From the NCBI GenBank assembly GCA_964345345.1, contig CAYFRH010000002.1, positions 5,758 to 69,757 on the forward strand: a stretch of DNA of 64,000 bases, given 5' to 3'. This DNA is from an uncultured Puniceicoccaceae bacterium. GTDB lineage: Bacteria > Verrucomicrobiota > Verrucomicrobiia > Opitutales > Oceanipulchritudinaceae. The notes beneath the pieces are model-generated. The model was not told the origin of the DNA, made no database searches, and was given only the letters and a program-made list of their open reading frames with translations. Both the position numbers and the translations under genes were made by a program. Of the stretch, positions 50,103 to 59,189 are shown one piece after another; within the stretch, counting starts at the first letter, position 1; every line of letters begins with the position of its first letter.

Positions 50103-51455
50103 TCACCACTGGAAAGGATAGAGCGCGGGCAGGCGTAGAATGCGGCTCAGCTCGTCAAGAGCGGCCCTGCTTTCGGAAAGAAGATCCGGATCACGGAGGT
50201 CGTCCGGACGCAGCTCGGAACGGTAATGGCGCCGCACCCATGCCTTCAGCTCCGCGTAGAGGGTTTCGTCGAGAAGGAGCCGGCCCTGCATCTGCCCCAT
50301 TTCCGTTTCGCTAAGGACGACGCGCTGGCGCAGGCAGGCGGGCCCGCCACCGTTCCGCATGCTTTGGCGGATTTCAACGAACCGCACTTCGCTGAGGGGA
50401 TTGCCCGGCTGCGCGACCAACTCGTCGAGGCAGGGGGCGACCCACTCGCTCTCCCGGCATTCCGCCGGAGCCAGGAGGAGCATCCCTTTTTCCGCGTCTC
50501 CGAGGAGTTGGCTGTTGAAGAGATAGGTTCGGATGGCCTCCTCAAGCGGGATCTCGTGCCGCGAAATCAGCTGCACCTGCAAATGTTTGCCAGTGAGGTT
50601 CTGAAAACGCGTGGCGAGCCGGGCAACGGTATCCTTCCCTTCGGCGAAGGCATCCTCGTGAACGAGCAGGAAGCTGTGATTCCCGACGGAGATGACGTCA
50701 TTATGAAAGACGCCGGAGTCGATGGCGTGTGGGCTCTGCTGGGCGAAGGAAAAGCGGTTGTGGGGAATCTGGTGGTTGCGGGCAATGGCTTGCACACTTT
50801 CAAGGGTCTGCCGGGCGGGGAAGCGCGCGGGGCGGGGGCCGTTCTCCCGCAAAGCACTGCGCCCGTAAACAAAGAGGTGGAAGCCCGGCCCATTGATGTC
50901 GCTGCAAAGGCGGGTATGATTGGCAGCGCCTTCGTCCGCCATAACGTCGCCGCCCGGAAGGGGCTCGTGGATAAAAAAACTTCCGTAATCGGGAAATATG
51001 GACTTCAGGAGGGTTTCCGTGAAGGAGCTCTCCAGCCACCGATGGAGCTTGCTGGAAAGGTTTGCGGGCGTGAAGTGAGCGCGTCCGTCCCGTGTGTCGC
51101 AGGAGGGGGTCATGGTAAAGGCGTTGGCCACCCACATGGCCGAAGCGGAAGCGGCCGCGTGAAGCAGATCCGGACTGAGGCGCGCGGCTTTGGCGAGGAT
51201 CTCGGCATCGGAAGATCCCGGAATTCCCCATGACCGCAGGGCCGACACCGCCGGTCGGTCATGGGGTGGCAGGACGGCCTGGGGATAGCCTTCACTGGCG
51301 ATGTTCCACGCCTTGGCGAGGCTTTGCAGGGCGGCCTCCCGGGGATTGGAAACAGTGGCTTTGTTGGCGACTGAAGCGATGTTGCCGTGGGCAAGACCAG
51401 CGAAGTTGTGGGTGGGGCCGACGATCCCGTCGAAGTTGACTTCGGTGTAGGCCAT
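50103..51455 (-). CDS. astB: N-succinylarginine dihydrolase
   Basis: EVNFDGIVGPTHNFAGLA.GN.AS, SNPREAALQ, SASAMWVANA, DEGAANHTRL, RFPARQT, IDSGVFHNDVISV, YLFNSQL, QSMRNGGGPACLRQRVVL. Confidence 0.93.
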   Translation of the reverse strand: MAYTEVNFDGIVGPTHNFAGLAHGNIASVANKATVSNPREAALQSLAKAWNIASEGYPQAVLPPHDRPAVSALRSWGIPGSSDAEILAKAARLSPDLLHAAASASAMWVANAFTMTPSCDTRDGRAHFTPANLSSKLHRWLESSFTETLLKSIFPDYGSFFIHEPLPGGDVMADEGAANHTRLCSDINGPGFHLFVYGRSALRENGPRPARFPARQTLESVQAIARNHQIPHNRFSFAQQSPHAIDSGVFHNDVISVGNHSFLLVHEDAFAEGKDTVARLATRFQNLTGKHLQVQLISRHEIPLEEAIRTYLFNSQLLGDAEKGMLLLAPAECRESEWVAPCLDELVAQPGNPLSEVRFVEIRQSMRNGGGPACLRQRVVLSETEMGQMQGRLLLDETLYAELKAWVRRHYRSELRPDDLRDPDLLSESRAALDELSRILRLPALYPFQW

Positions 51456-51574
51456 GAATGTAAACCTTGAGAGGACAGGCGGGGAGAGGGAAGCGCAAAG
51501 ATTACGATGCAAGCACTTCACATCCCCTCATTTGACGTTGACCCTCTTCGGCCACGGGACAAGGAAGATGCCCT

Positions 51575-53155
51575 ATGGAGAAGGCCGGATCCTTATTACT
51601 GTATGACACCACGCTGCGGGACGGAACCCAGGGCGAGGGCATATCCATTTCGGCCGATGATAAGATTCTGCTCGCCCAGAAGCTGGACGCCTTTGGAATC
51701 GATTACATCGAAGGCGGCTGGCCCGGGTCCAATCCCCGCGATATGGCTTTCTTCGAAAGCGCTCGCGAGTTGAAGCTTCAGCATGCCCGTATCGCGGCTT
51801 TTGGCTCGACCTGCCGGGCGAAAATCGAGGCCGCCGAGGATCCCCAGCTGGATACGCTCCTGAAGGCGGAAACTTCGGTGGTGACGATTTTCGGGAAAAG
51901 CTGGCTTCTTCATGTAACGGAAGTTCTGCGCACCCTGCCCGAAGAGAATTTACGCATGATCGAGGATTCGGTCCGGTTTTTAAAAGAAGCCGGCCGCGAG
52001 GTCATCTACGATGCGGAGCATTTCTTCGACGGTTTCGAGGCTGACGAAGCCTACGCCCTGCGGACCCTCGCGGCGGCCCGGGACGGAGGAGCCGACTGGA
52101 TCGTTCTCTGCGAGACCAATGGAGGCATGCAACCGGAACGCTTCCGGGAAATCGTCGCCAAGGTGGTCTCCGCTTTTCCCGAGAGCCGGATTGGGGTCCA
52201 CTGTCACAATGATTGCGGGCTGGGCGTCGCCCTCAGCCAGATCGGGGTGGAGATGGGAGCGCGCATGGTGCAGGGGACCGTCAACGGCTACGGGGAGCGC
52301 GTCGGCAACGCCAATCTGACCACGGTCATGCCGAACCTGCATTTCAAGCTGGGATATACCTTCAGGGCGGCGGCTCACCTCGGCCAGCTCGTCGATCTCG
52401 CACACGCCACGGACAAGTTTGCCAATCTGCTCCCGGATCCGAAAGCCCCCTACGTCGGGCGCAGTGCCTTCGCGCACAAAGGGGGGGTTCATGCGAATGC
52501 CGCCCAGAAGGTGGCGCGCAGCTACGAGCACATCGAGCCGCAAAAGGTCGGCAACTGCCAGCGCATTCTCCTTTCCGACATGGCCGGGGCGAGCAGCGTT
52601 GCCATGAAAGCCGCCGAAGCCGGCATCAAGGTTGACCCGAAATCCCCGGAAATGCGCGCTTTCCTCCAAAAATTGAAGGAGCGCGAAGCCCGTGGCTACG
52701 AATACGAAAACGCCGATGCCAGCTTCAAGGTCCTGCTCAGCCAACATTTCCACGGCCTTAAGGATAACTTCAAGCTGGTCAGCTACCGGACGATCTCCGA
52801 AGTGGTGCGCGACAAGCAGGAGAACATTTCCGAGGCGGTGGTAAAAATCCGCGTTGTCGATGATGAGGAGATCAAACTCAGCGTCGCGGAATCGGCGGGA
52901 CCGGTGGGTGCCCTCGACCATGCTATGCGCCTCGCCTTCGGTGCGCACTTTCCCGAGTTGCGGGAAGTGCAGCTGGTCGACTACAAGGTCCGGATTCTGC
53001 AAACCGGCCTTGGGACTGACTCCATTGTGCAGGTGCTCATGCTCTCCAGTGACGCCAGTGAATCGTGGTGGACCTGTGGGGCCGATCAGAATGTCATCGA
53101 GGCAAGCTGGCAGGCGCTCCGGGATTCCTTCCGGTATAAGCTTCTCGTCGGGTAG
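51575..53155 (+). CDS. cimA: Citramalate synthase (2-isopropylmalate synthase family)
   Basis: LYDTTLRDGTQGEG, YIEGGWPGSNP, IFGKSW.LHV, DAEHFFDG, LCETNGG, HCHND, GYGERVGNANL, AFAHKGGVH, YKVRIL, NVIEASWQAL.DS..Y.L. Confidence 0.9.
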   Translation: MEKAGSLLLYDTTLRDGTQGEGISISADDKILLAQKLDAFGIDYIEGGWPGSNPRDMAFFESARELKLQHARIAAFGSTCRAKIEAAEDPQLDTLLKAETSVVTIFGKSWLLHVTEVLRTLPEENLRMIEDSVRFLKEAGREVIYDAEHFFDGFEADEAYALRTLAAARDGGADWIVLCETNGGMQPERFREIVAKVVSAFPESRIGVHCHNDCGLGVALSQIGVEMGARMVQGTVNGYGERVGNANLTTVMPNLHFKLGYTFRAAAHLGQLVDLAHATDKFANLLPDPKAPYVGRSAFAHKGGVHANAAQKVARSYEHIEPQKVGNCQRILLSDMAGASSVAMKAAEAGIKVDPKSPEMRAFLQKLKEREARGYEYENADASFKVLLSQHFHGLKDNFKLVSYRTISEVVRDKQENISEAVVKIRVVDDEEIKLSVAESAGPVGALDHAMRLAFGAHFPELREVQLVDYKVRILQTGLGTDSIVQVLMLSSDASESWWTCGADQNVIEASWQALRDSFRYKLLVG

Positions 53156-53161
53156 GGGCGG

Positions 53162-53198
53162 TTTTCCGTTACGTTGGTGTCACTGCGGTAACGGAAAA
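53162..53198. promoter_or_regulatory. Inverted repeat after cimA enclosing a GTTAC-N6-GTCAC direct repeat
   Basis: TTTTCCGTTAC (53162-53172) and GTAACGGAAAA (53188-53198). GTTAC at 53168 and GTCAC at 53179 are 11 bp apart. Confidence 0.45.
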
Positions 53199-53297
53199 AT
53201 TACCTGCGGAATCATGGTCCGCCATGTTCCGTGCTGGCCTTGGCGGCGTGGATCTGCCTGATTTGGACGTACGCTTTACTCGTCCAGCCCTTTTTCC

Positions 53298-55139
53298 ATG
53301 AGACCGATTGTCGATTTCCGTGAACTCCATTCCTCTCCCATCATGCGGCCCCTCCTTGGTGCCCTGCAGCGGGTGACCGAACCCTTTCTTCGTATTGGGC
53401 AGCTGAATGGCCTCCATCACGATTTCCTTGAGCGCCGTGGCGAGGCCAAGAGCAACTTTTTCGATACGGGGCTGGCCACCCTCGGGGCCCGTTACCGGGT
53501 CGCCGACGAAGACCTTGAAAGGATTCCGGCGCAGGGGCCGGTGCTGTTGCTGGCGAACCATCCCTTCGGCGGAGTGGACGGGCTTGTCCTTGGTTCATTG
53601 CTGCGCCGCCGCCGTCCCGACAGCCGTCTTCTCGTGAATTTCCTGCTTGGCCGAATTGATGGCATGGAAGAGGAAAGCTTTTTCGTCGATCCCTTCGGGG
53701 GGAAAGAAGCGGCCCGGCGCAACCTGCGCGGACTGCGGCAGAGCCTGCACTGGCTGAGCGAGGGACATGCCCTTGCCACCTTTCCCTCCGGAACCGTTTC
53801 CCATTTTCACCCGCGGAAACGATGCGTGACCGACCCGCCGTGGGTGAAGAATCTCGCTCAGCTCATCCGGCGCGGGGGAGCGACGGTGGTGCCGGTCTAT
53901 TTTTCCGGGCGCAACAGCAATCTCTTTCAGGCGGCGGGACTGGTTCATGAGCGCCTCCGTACCGCTCTTCTGCCGCGCGAGCTGCTGCGGTTGCGCGGGC
54001 GGGAGCTGGAGGTCCGCATCGGAAGCCCGATTCCGGCGAAGCGACTGCAGCGCTTGAACGATGACCGCGAGTTGATGGATTTTCTTCGCCTCCGGTCCTA
54101 TGTCCTGCGGGATCGAGAGCAGCCGGTGGCGCTCCGGGGGCAGCCCTTGACGCGGACCAAGCGGGATGGGTGCGCAGTCGCCGAGGCGCAGGAACCGGCG
54201 GTTCTCGAGTCCGAGCTGGCACAATTGCCGCCCGGCAACCGGCTGGTCGAACAGGGCCCGTTTGCAGTCTATGTCGCCTCGGCGGAGGAGATTCCGCACG
54301 CCCTGCTTGAACTCGGTCGCCTGCGGGAAATTACTTTCCGGGCGGTTGGCGAGGGAACCGGGGAACGTCTCGACCTTGATCGCTTCGACCATACCTACCA
54401 TCACCTTCTTCTCTGGAATCGGGAAGAGCGCCGTATCGTGGGAGCCTACCGCCTCGGGCTCACCGATGAAATCCTGCCCGCGGAGGGAAAGAGCGGACTC
54501 TACAGCGCCACACTTTTCCGCTTTAAACCAGAGATCCTCCGCTCCCTGAGTCCGGCCATCGAACTGGGGCGCTCTTTCGTCGTCGCCGAATATCAGCGCA
54601 AGCCAATTTCCCTGAGTCTGCTTTGGCGGGGGATCGGGCAATTTATCGCACAGAATACGCGCTACTGTATCCTTTTTGGCCCCGTCAGCATTAGCCGCGA
54701 GTACCAGAGCCTTTCCAGGAACATGATGGTCACTTACCTGAAAGAGCACAGCCTTGACCGGAAACTGGCCTCGATGGTGCGCGCGAAGAATCCCCCGCGC
54801 TCCCGGTTTTTCGGGTCCCTCGACCGCAGCTCCTTCCAACGCTCCGTCCGCGATATCGAGGACGTTTCCGCCCTGATTGGAGAGATCGAGCGCGAGGTCA
54901 AAGGTGTACCCGTTCTCCTGCGCCAATACCTCAAACTCAACGCCACCGTGCTCAGTTTCAATGTCGACCCCGCCTTCAATGACTGCCTTGACGGGTTGGT
55001 CCTCGTCGATCTTCGCCGGACTCTTGTGAAAACGCTCCAGAAGTACATGGGCCAGGAAGGGGCGCGCCGCTTCCTCGCTTTCCACCGGGAAAGGGAACGG
55101 CAACGCGAGGCCGATCTCGCCCGCGCGGTGAAATCGTGA
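53298..55139 (+). CDS. OlsF-like bifunctional ornithine-lipid acyltransferase (PlsC-like + GNAT domains)
   Basis: N-terminal LLANHPFGGVDG (HX4D) and FPSGTVSH. C-terminal OlsB-like LGRLREITFRAVGEG..DLDRFD..YHHLLLW..IVGAYRL, IELGRSFV, LFGPVSIS, PVLLRQYLKLNA, FNVDPAF.DCLDG. Confidence 0.75.
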   Translation: MRPIVDFRELHSSPIMRPLLGALQRVTEPFLRIGQLNGLHHDFLERRGEAKSNFFDTGLATLGARYRVADEDLERIPAQGPVLLLANHPFGGVDGLVLGSLLRRRRPDSRLLVNFLLGRIDGMEEESFFVDPFGGKEAARRNLRGLRQSLHWLSEGHALATFPSGTVSHFHPRKRCVTDPPWVKNLAQLIRRGGATVVPVYFSGRNSNLFQAAGLVHERLRTALLPRELLRLRGRELEVRIGSPIPAKRLQRLNDDRELMDFLRLRSYVLRDREQPVALRGQPLTRTKRDGCAVAEAQEPAVLESELAQLPPGNRLVEQGPFAVYVASAEEIPHALLELGRLREITFRAVGEGTGERLDLDRFDHTYHHLLLWNREERRIVGAYRLGLTDEILPAEGKSGLYSATLFRFKPEILRSLSPAIELGRSFVVAEYQRKPISLSLLWRGIGQFIAQNTRYCILFGPVSISREYQSLSRNMMVTYLKEHSLDRKLASMVRAKNPPRSRFFGSLDRSSFQRSVRDIEDVSALIGEIEREVKGVPVLLRQYLKLNATVLSFNVDPAFNDCLDGLVLVDLRRTLVKTLQKYMGQEGARRFLAFHRERERQREADLARAVKS

Positions 55140-55140
55140 T

Positions 55141-55836
55141 TCACAGCAGGCCCGCCTCGGCGAAGGAATAAAACCCGCTGCCAAGTGGATCGTGTTCCGG
55201 TGTGCCGAGGATGACGTGGTCGAGAAGGTCGAGTTGCAAAACGCGAGCAGCCTCCCGCAACTGGCGTGTGGCACGAATGTCTGCCTGGCTGGGCGCGGGA
55301 TCCCCGCTTGGATGATTGTGCGCGCAGATCAGGGCGGAAGCACTGTTGCGGATCGCTTCCCGGAAGACTTCGCGCGGGTGGACAAGGCTTGCCGTCGCTG
55401 TTCCCGAGGTCACCGGATGGCAGCGAAGAAGACGGTTCTTCCGGTTCAAGGACAGGACCCAGAATTTTTCCACCGCCTCCCCGTTTACGAGCGGGTTCAA
55501 CCAGGCAAAGACCCGTTCCGGATTGTCCATCAGCGGGGCCGCCTCGCCGGAGGAGAGGATGCGCCGCGCAATTTCAATGATGGCCTCCAGTTGAAGGGCC
55601 TTCACCGGTCCGATGCCCGGATAATGGCACAACTCCCCGTGCTTCAGCGCCAGCAGCCCGCGCAGAGAGCCCATCCCCGTCAGCAGCGATCGCGCCACGG
55701 TCATGACATCCTGCCCGCGTGTTCCGCTCCGCAAAATCACCGCCAGCAGCTCCCCGTCCGACAAGGCCTGCGCGCCTTTGCTGCGCAAGCGTTCCTGCGG
55801 GCGTTCTCCAAGCGGAATGGCATCGAAAGTCGACAT
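55141..55836 (-). CDS. radC: RadC (JAB domain) protein
   Basis: ERPQERL...GAQALSDGELLAVILRSG, GIGPVKA, VHPREVF..AI, AHNHPSGDPAPS.ADI..T, LLDHVI. Confidence 0.95.
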   Translation of the reverse strand: MSTFDAIPLGERPQERLRSKGAQALSDGELLAVILRSGTRGQDVMTVARSLLTGMGSLRGLLALKHGELCHYPGIGPVKALQLEAIIEIARRILSSGEAAPLMDNPERVFAWLNPLVNGEAVEKFWVLSLNRKNRLLRCHPVTSGTATASLVHPREVFREAIRNSASALICAHNHPSGDPAPSQADIRATRQLREAARVLQLDLLDHVILGTPEHDPLGSGFYSFAEAGLL

Positions 55837-55932
55837 AGGGAATAATTTAAAAAGCGTTAGGAATGGCGCTTCGCCGTCAATCGGGAAATTTCATTGCTTT
55901 GGGGTGGGGTGAACGCAGAATTAGAAAAGCTT

Positions 55933-57216
55933 ATGTCAAATGCCCTTTTAACCCACGAACCCGGGCCCGCCGAAGCCCCGTTTCACATTATGGTGAAGCC
56001 GATCGGGCCGAAATGTAACCTCGATTGCCAGTATTGTTTCTATCTCGAAAAGGAGGTGCTCTGGGGCGACGGCGAAAAATGGAAGATGGACGATGCCACC
56101 CTCGAAGCCTACGTGCGGCGTTACATTGAGGCGCAGCCGTCTGATCCGGTAACCTTCGCGTGGCAGGGCGGTGAACCGACGCTGTGCGGGCTGGAGTTTT
56201 TCGAAAAGGTTGTGTATTGGCAAAAGCAATACGGACGGGGGCGTCGGATCGACAACGCCTTTCAGACCAACGGCACTCTCCTCGACGACAAATGGGCGGC
56301 CTTTTTCAAGCGGGAGAATTTTCTCATCGGCCTCAGTGTGGACGGCCCGGCGGAACTGCACGATGCCTACCGCCGCAAGCGCAACGGCAAGGGAAGTCAC
56401 GCCGAGGTTATGCGCGGGCTCGACTTTCTCAAAAAGCACAAGGTCGAGTTTAACACCCTCACTTGCGTAAACCGGGCGAATATGGAGCGGGCCGCGGAGG
56501 TGTATCAATTCCTTAAGGACATCGGTTCGCGCTACATGCAGTTTATTCCCATTATCGAGCGGCTACCCGACGCGGAGGCGGAGCGATTGGGGCTGAGCCA
56601 TTCCATGCCCCCGAAGTACGCCGAGGAGGACGAAAGCCTTGAGGCCCCGGTGACGGACTGGAGCGTGCAGCCAAAGGCTTACGGACGCTTCATGTGGAAT
56701 ATCTTCAAGCGCTGGGTGCAGAAGGACGTCGGGCGTGTCTATGTACAGCTTTTCGACGTCGCCCTCGGCAAATGGGTGGGCGCGCCCGGCGGGATCTGTG
56801 TCTTCAACGAGACTTGCGGGCGGGCCATGGCCCTCGAGCATGATGGAAGTTTGTACTCATGTGATCACTACGTCTATCCGGACTACAAGGTAGGCAACCT
56901 TCGCGAGACGGCCATCCGCGATATGGTCGACAGTACATTCCAGCGCGGCTTCGGGGAAGACAAGGAGCGAAGCCTCCCCGCCTATTGCCGGCGCTGCCCC
57001 TACAAATTCGCCTGTAACGGCGGCTGCCCCAAGCACCGCTTTCTCCTCACCCCGGAGGAAGAGCCGGGCCTGAACTACCTCTGTTCTGGTTACCGCTTTG
57101 TCTTCGGGAAAATGGACCCCTACTTGCAGGCCATGGCGCAGCTTTACCATGAGGGCCGCCCGCCCGCCGATGTCATGCACATGATCCGTGAAAGACGCCT
57201 GCCCAAGCCGGCCTGA
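55933..57216 (+). CDS. Anaerobic sulfatase maturase (radical SAM/SPASM)
   Basis: KPIGPKCNLDCQYCFYL, FAWQGGEPTL, QTNGTLL, SVDGP..LHD.YR, SPASM cysteines C....CG...ALEHDG..YSCDHYV, C..C....ACNGGCPKHR, NYLC.GY. Confidence 0.92.
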   Translation: MSNALLTHEPGPAEAPFHIMVKPIGPKCNLDCQYCFYLEKEVLWGDGEKWKMDDATLEAYVRRYIEAQPSDPVTFAWQGGEPTLCGLEFFEKVVYWQKQYGRGRRIDNAFQTNGTLLDDKWAAFFKRENFLIGLSVDGPAELHDAYRRKRNGKGSHAEVMRGLDFLKKHKVEFNTLTCVNRANMERAAEVYQFLKDIGSRYMQFIPIIERLPDAEAERLGLSHSMPPKYAEEDESLEAPVTDWSVQPKAYGRFMWNIFKRWVQKDVGRVYVQLFDVALGKWVGAPGGICVFNETCGRAMALEHDGSLYSCDHYVYPDYKVGNLRETAIRDMVDSTFQRGFGEDKERSLPAYCRRCPYKFACNGGCPKHRFLLTPEEEPGLNYLCSGYRFVFGKMDPYLQAMAQLYHEGRPPADVMHMIRERRLPKPA

Positions 57217-57290
57217 GCGGTAGCCTTCTTGCGTAGAAGGTCATGGCGATCCTTCAGACCGCGGCAAACCGGGGAATGGTCGGCAACCCC

Positions 57291-57327
57291 GGCCATCCCG
57301 AGACTTTGTCCGGGGATGGCCTATTAT
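57291..57327 (+). terminator. Possible terminator hairpin after the maturase gene
   Basis: GGCCATCCC/GGGATGGCC 9-bp stem followed by TATTAT (weak U tract), preceded by a CCGGGG/CCCCGG hairpin at 57269-57292. Confidence 0.45.
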
Positions 57328-57557
57328 GAAGTGTTGGCCCGTCCTAATGAGTTGATACATTCTTTCCGCTTGACCCTGAGACTGGTGCTACCGACTTCCG
57401 CTACTCTACCAAGTTCTTAACGTCTTACCGCGTCGGTTACCGCCTGGAATCTACGGTTTGGGAGGCCTTGGACGGGAAAGTTGCCTTGTTGGCCCTCTGC
57501 AGGGAGTGCGGTTTCCCGGACTTGCTTTGCCGGGCTTGGCTGTGACAGGCTCGTAGA

Positions 57558-59189
57558 ATGAGTGGAATTTTCCGTTTTGCATGGCTGGGGACCGGTTTGG
57601 TGGCCGCATTTCTGCTGGCCGCCTGCGGCGGTTCCGAAGAAGGCCAGGACATCGCCGCCAAGCCCTCCGCCTTTATTTTCGGCCGTGGAGCGGATGCGCA
57701 GAAACTGGATCCGGCGGACATCGACGACGGTGAATCGGTCAACACTCTCGCGCAGATTCTGGAAGGACTGGTGGGTTTTCGGGCGGGGACGCTCGAGGTG
57801 GAACCACGCCTCGCCGAGCGTTATGAAATTTCGGAGGACGGGCTGCGCTATACCTTTTTTCTGCGGGAGGGGGTCCGCTTTCATGACGGCACGCCCTTCA
57901 ATGCGGAGACGGCCCGCTTTAGCTTCGACCGGCAGATGGACCCGGAACATCCGGCCCATTTTGATGAAGCGAGTTTTCAGTACTGGCAGAATTTGTTTTC
58001 CGATGTGGAGCGGCTGGAGACCGTCGACGCGATGACGCTGCGGTTTCACTTGCGTCAGCCGAATGCCGGAATCCTTGGAGCGTTTGCCAGTTTTCCGGCA
58101 TGGCTGGTCAGTCCGGAGGCCTTTGCAAAGCATGGTGAACAGATGATTTATCATCCCGTCGGGACCGGTCCCTACCGGTTCGTTAACTGGCGGCCCAACG
58201 AGGCCGTCCTCTTTGAGGCCAATCCCGACTACTGGGGCGAGCCGGAACCGGGATTCCCGCGCATGGTGATGCGGTCCATTCCGCTGAATTCATCGCGCCT
58301 GTCCGCTCTCAAGAGTGGCGGTTTACACGGGCTCGACGGCGTCCAGCCAGCGGAACTGCAGGACCTGCGGGGCAATCCGCGGTTTCGCATTCTTCACGAG
58401 CCGGGCATGAATGTCGGGTATCTCGCTTTCAGTCTGCTCAAAGAACGCCTCCGGGATCCGGAATTGCGCCGCGCGGTCGCCCTTGCCATCGACCGGGAAA
58501 ATCTTGTCCAACTTGCCCTTGGTGGCTATGGTCGCTCGGCCGCTTATCCGGCACCGCCGGAATTTCTCGGAATCCCCCGGGACGAAGGCCCGCTGCGGCA
58601 CGAACCGGGGGCGGCGGCAGAGCTGGTGGCCGCCCATCCGGAGTGGTCGGCGCAGCCGCTCCGCCTCGCCACCTTTGGCCAGCCGCGGATGTATTTTCCG
58701 GATCCCCAGCGCATCGCCTCCCTTATCCGCAGCGACCTCGAGGCGGTGGGATTTGACGTGGAGATCCTTAACCGGGAGTTCAAAAGCCACCTGCACAGGA
58801 CGCGGAAAGGCGACTACGAGCTCGCGCTTCTCGGATGGATCGCCGATACACCCGATCCCGACAATTTCCTGCGCACCTTCTTTCACAGTGACGCGGCCGT
58901 TAAGGGATCGGCGACGAACATTTCCTTTTATCGTAGTGAGAAAATGGATCGCCTTCTCGACGAAGCTGTCCGCCTTACGGAGGCGGAGGAACGGTCGGCC
59001 TTGTACGAGGAAGCCTTAGCGTTGTGGGCGAAGGACCTGCCCCTGATCCCGCTTGTGCAGGGAGACCAGATCACGGTGCTCGATGCGCGCATCAGCGGCT
59101 ATCGGCTTTCCCCGACGGGCAATCACTTCTTCGGCGGCGTCGAGTGGCGCCCGGCGCGCGAAGCCTCCGGTCCCGTTGATGTCGAATGA
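57558..59189 (+). CDS. ABC transporter substrate-binding lipoprotein, family 5 (DppA-like)
   Basis: Lipobox LLAACGG, LDPA, ILEGLV, EPRLAERY.IS.DG..YTF.LREGV.FHDGTPFNA, PVGTGPYRF, LLGWIADTPDPDNFL. Confidence 0.92.
   Translation: MSGIFRFAWLGTGLVAAFLLAACGGSEEGQDIAAKPSAFIFGRGADAQKLDPADIDDGESVNTLAQILEGLVGFRAGTLEVEPRLAERYEISEDGLRYTFFLREGVRFHDGTPFNAETARFSFDRQMDPEHPAHFDEASFQYWQNLFSDVERLETVDAMTLRFHLRQPNAGILGAFASFPAWLVSPEAFAKHGEQMIYHPVGTGPYRFVNWRPNEAVLFEANPDYWGEPEPGFPRMVMRSIPLNSSRLSALKSGGLHGLDGVQPAELQDLRGNPRFRILHEPGMNVGYLAFSLLKERLRDPELRRAVALAIDRENLVQLALGGYGRSAAYPAPPEFLGIPRDEGPLRHEPGAAAELVAAHPEWSAQPLRLATFGQPRMYFPDPQRIASLIRSDLEAVGFDVEILNREFKSHLHRTRKGDYELALLGWIADTPDPDNFLRTFFHSDAAVKGSATNISFYRSEKMDRLLDEAVRLTEAEERSALYEEALALWAKDLPLIPLVQGDQITVLDARISGYRLSPTGNHFFGGVEWRPAREASGPVDVE

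Noticed and set aside
54210-54230. sigma54 -24/-12 pattern TGGCAC-N7-GC (and near-misses at about 13390 and 55270)
   Set aside because: It lies inside coding sequence, lacks TTGC or has the wrong spacing, and is not upstream of a plausible target.
55141-55836. radC as a marker of an integrative element or defence island
   Set aside because: It is the full-length chromosomal form with the N-terminal HhH region. No integrase, att sites or compositional shift nearby.
57361-57557. Known riboswitch, 6S RNA or tRNA upstream of dppA
   Set aside because: Only fragmentary resemblance (CTGAGA, AGGGAGTGCGGT). The full consensus elements are not present, so it is kept only as an unassigned structured region.
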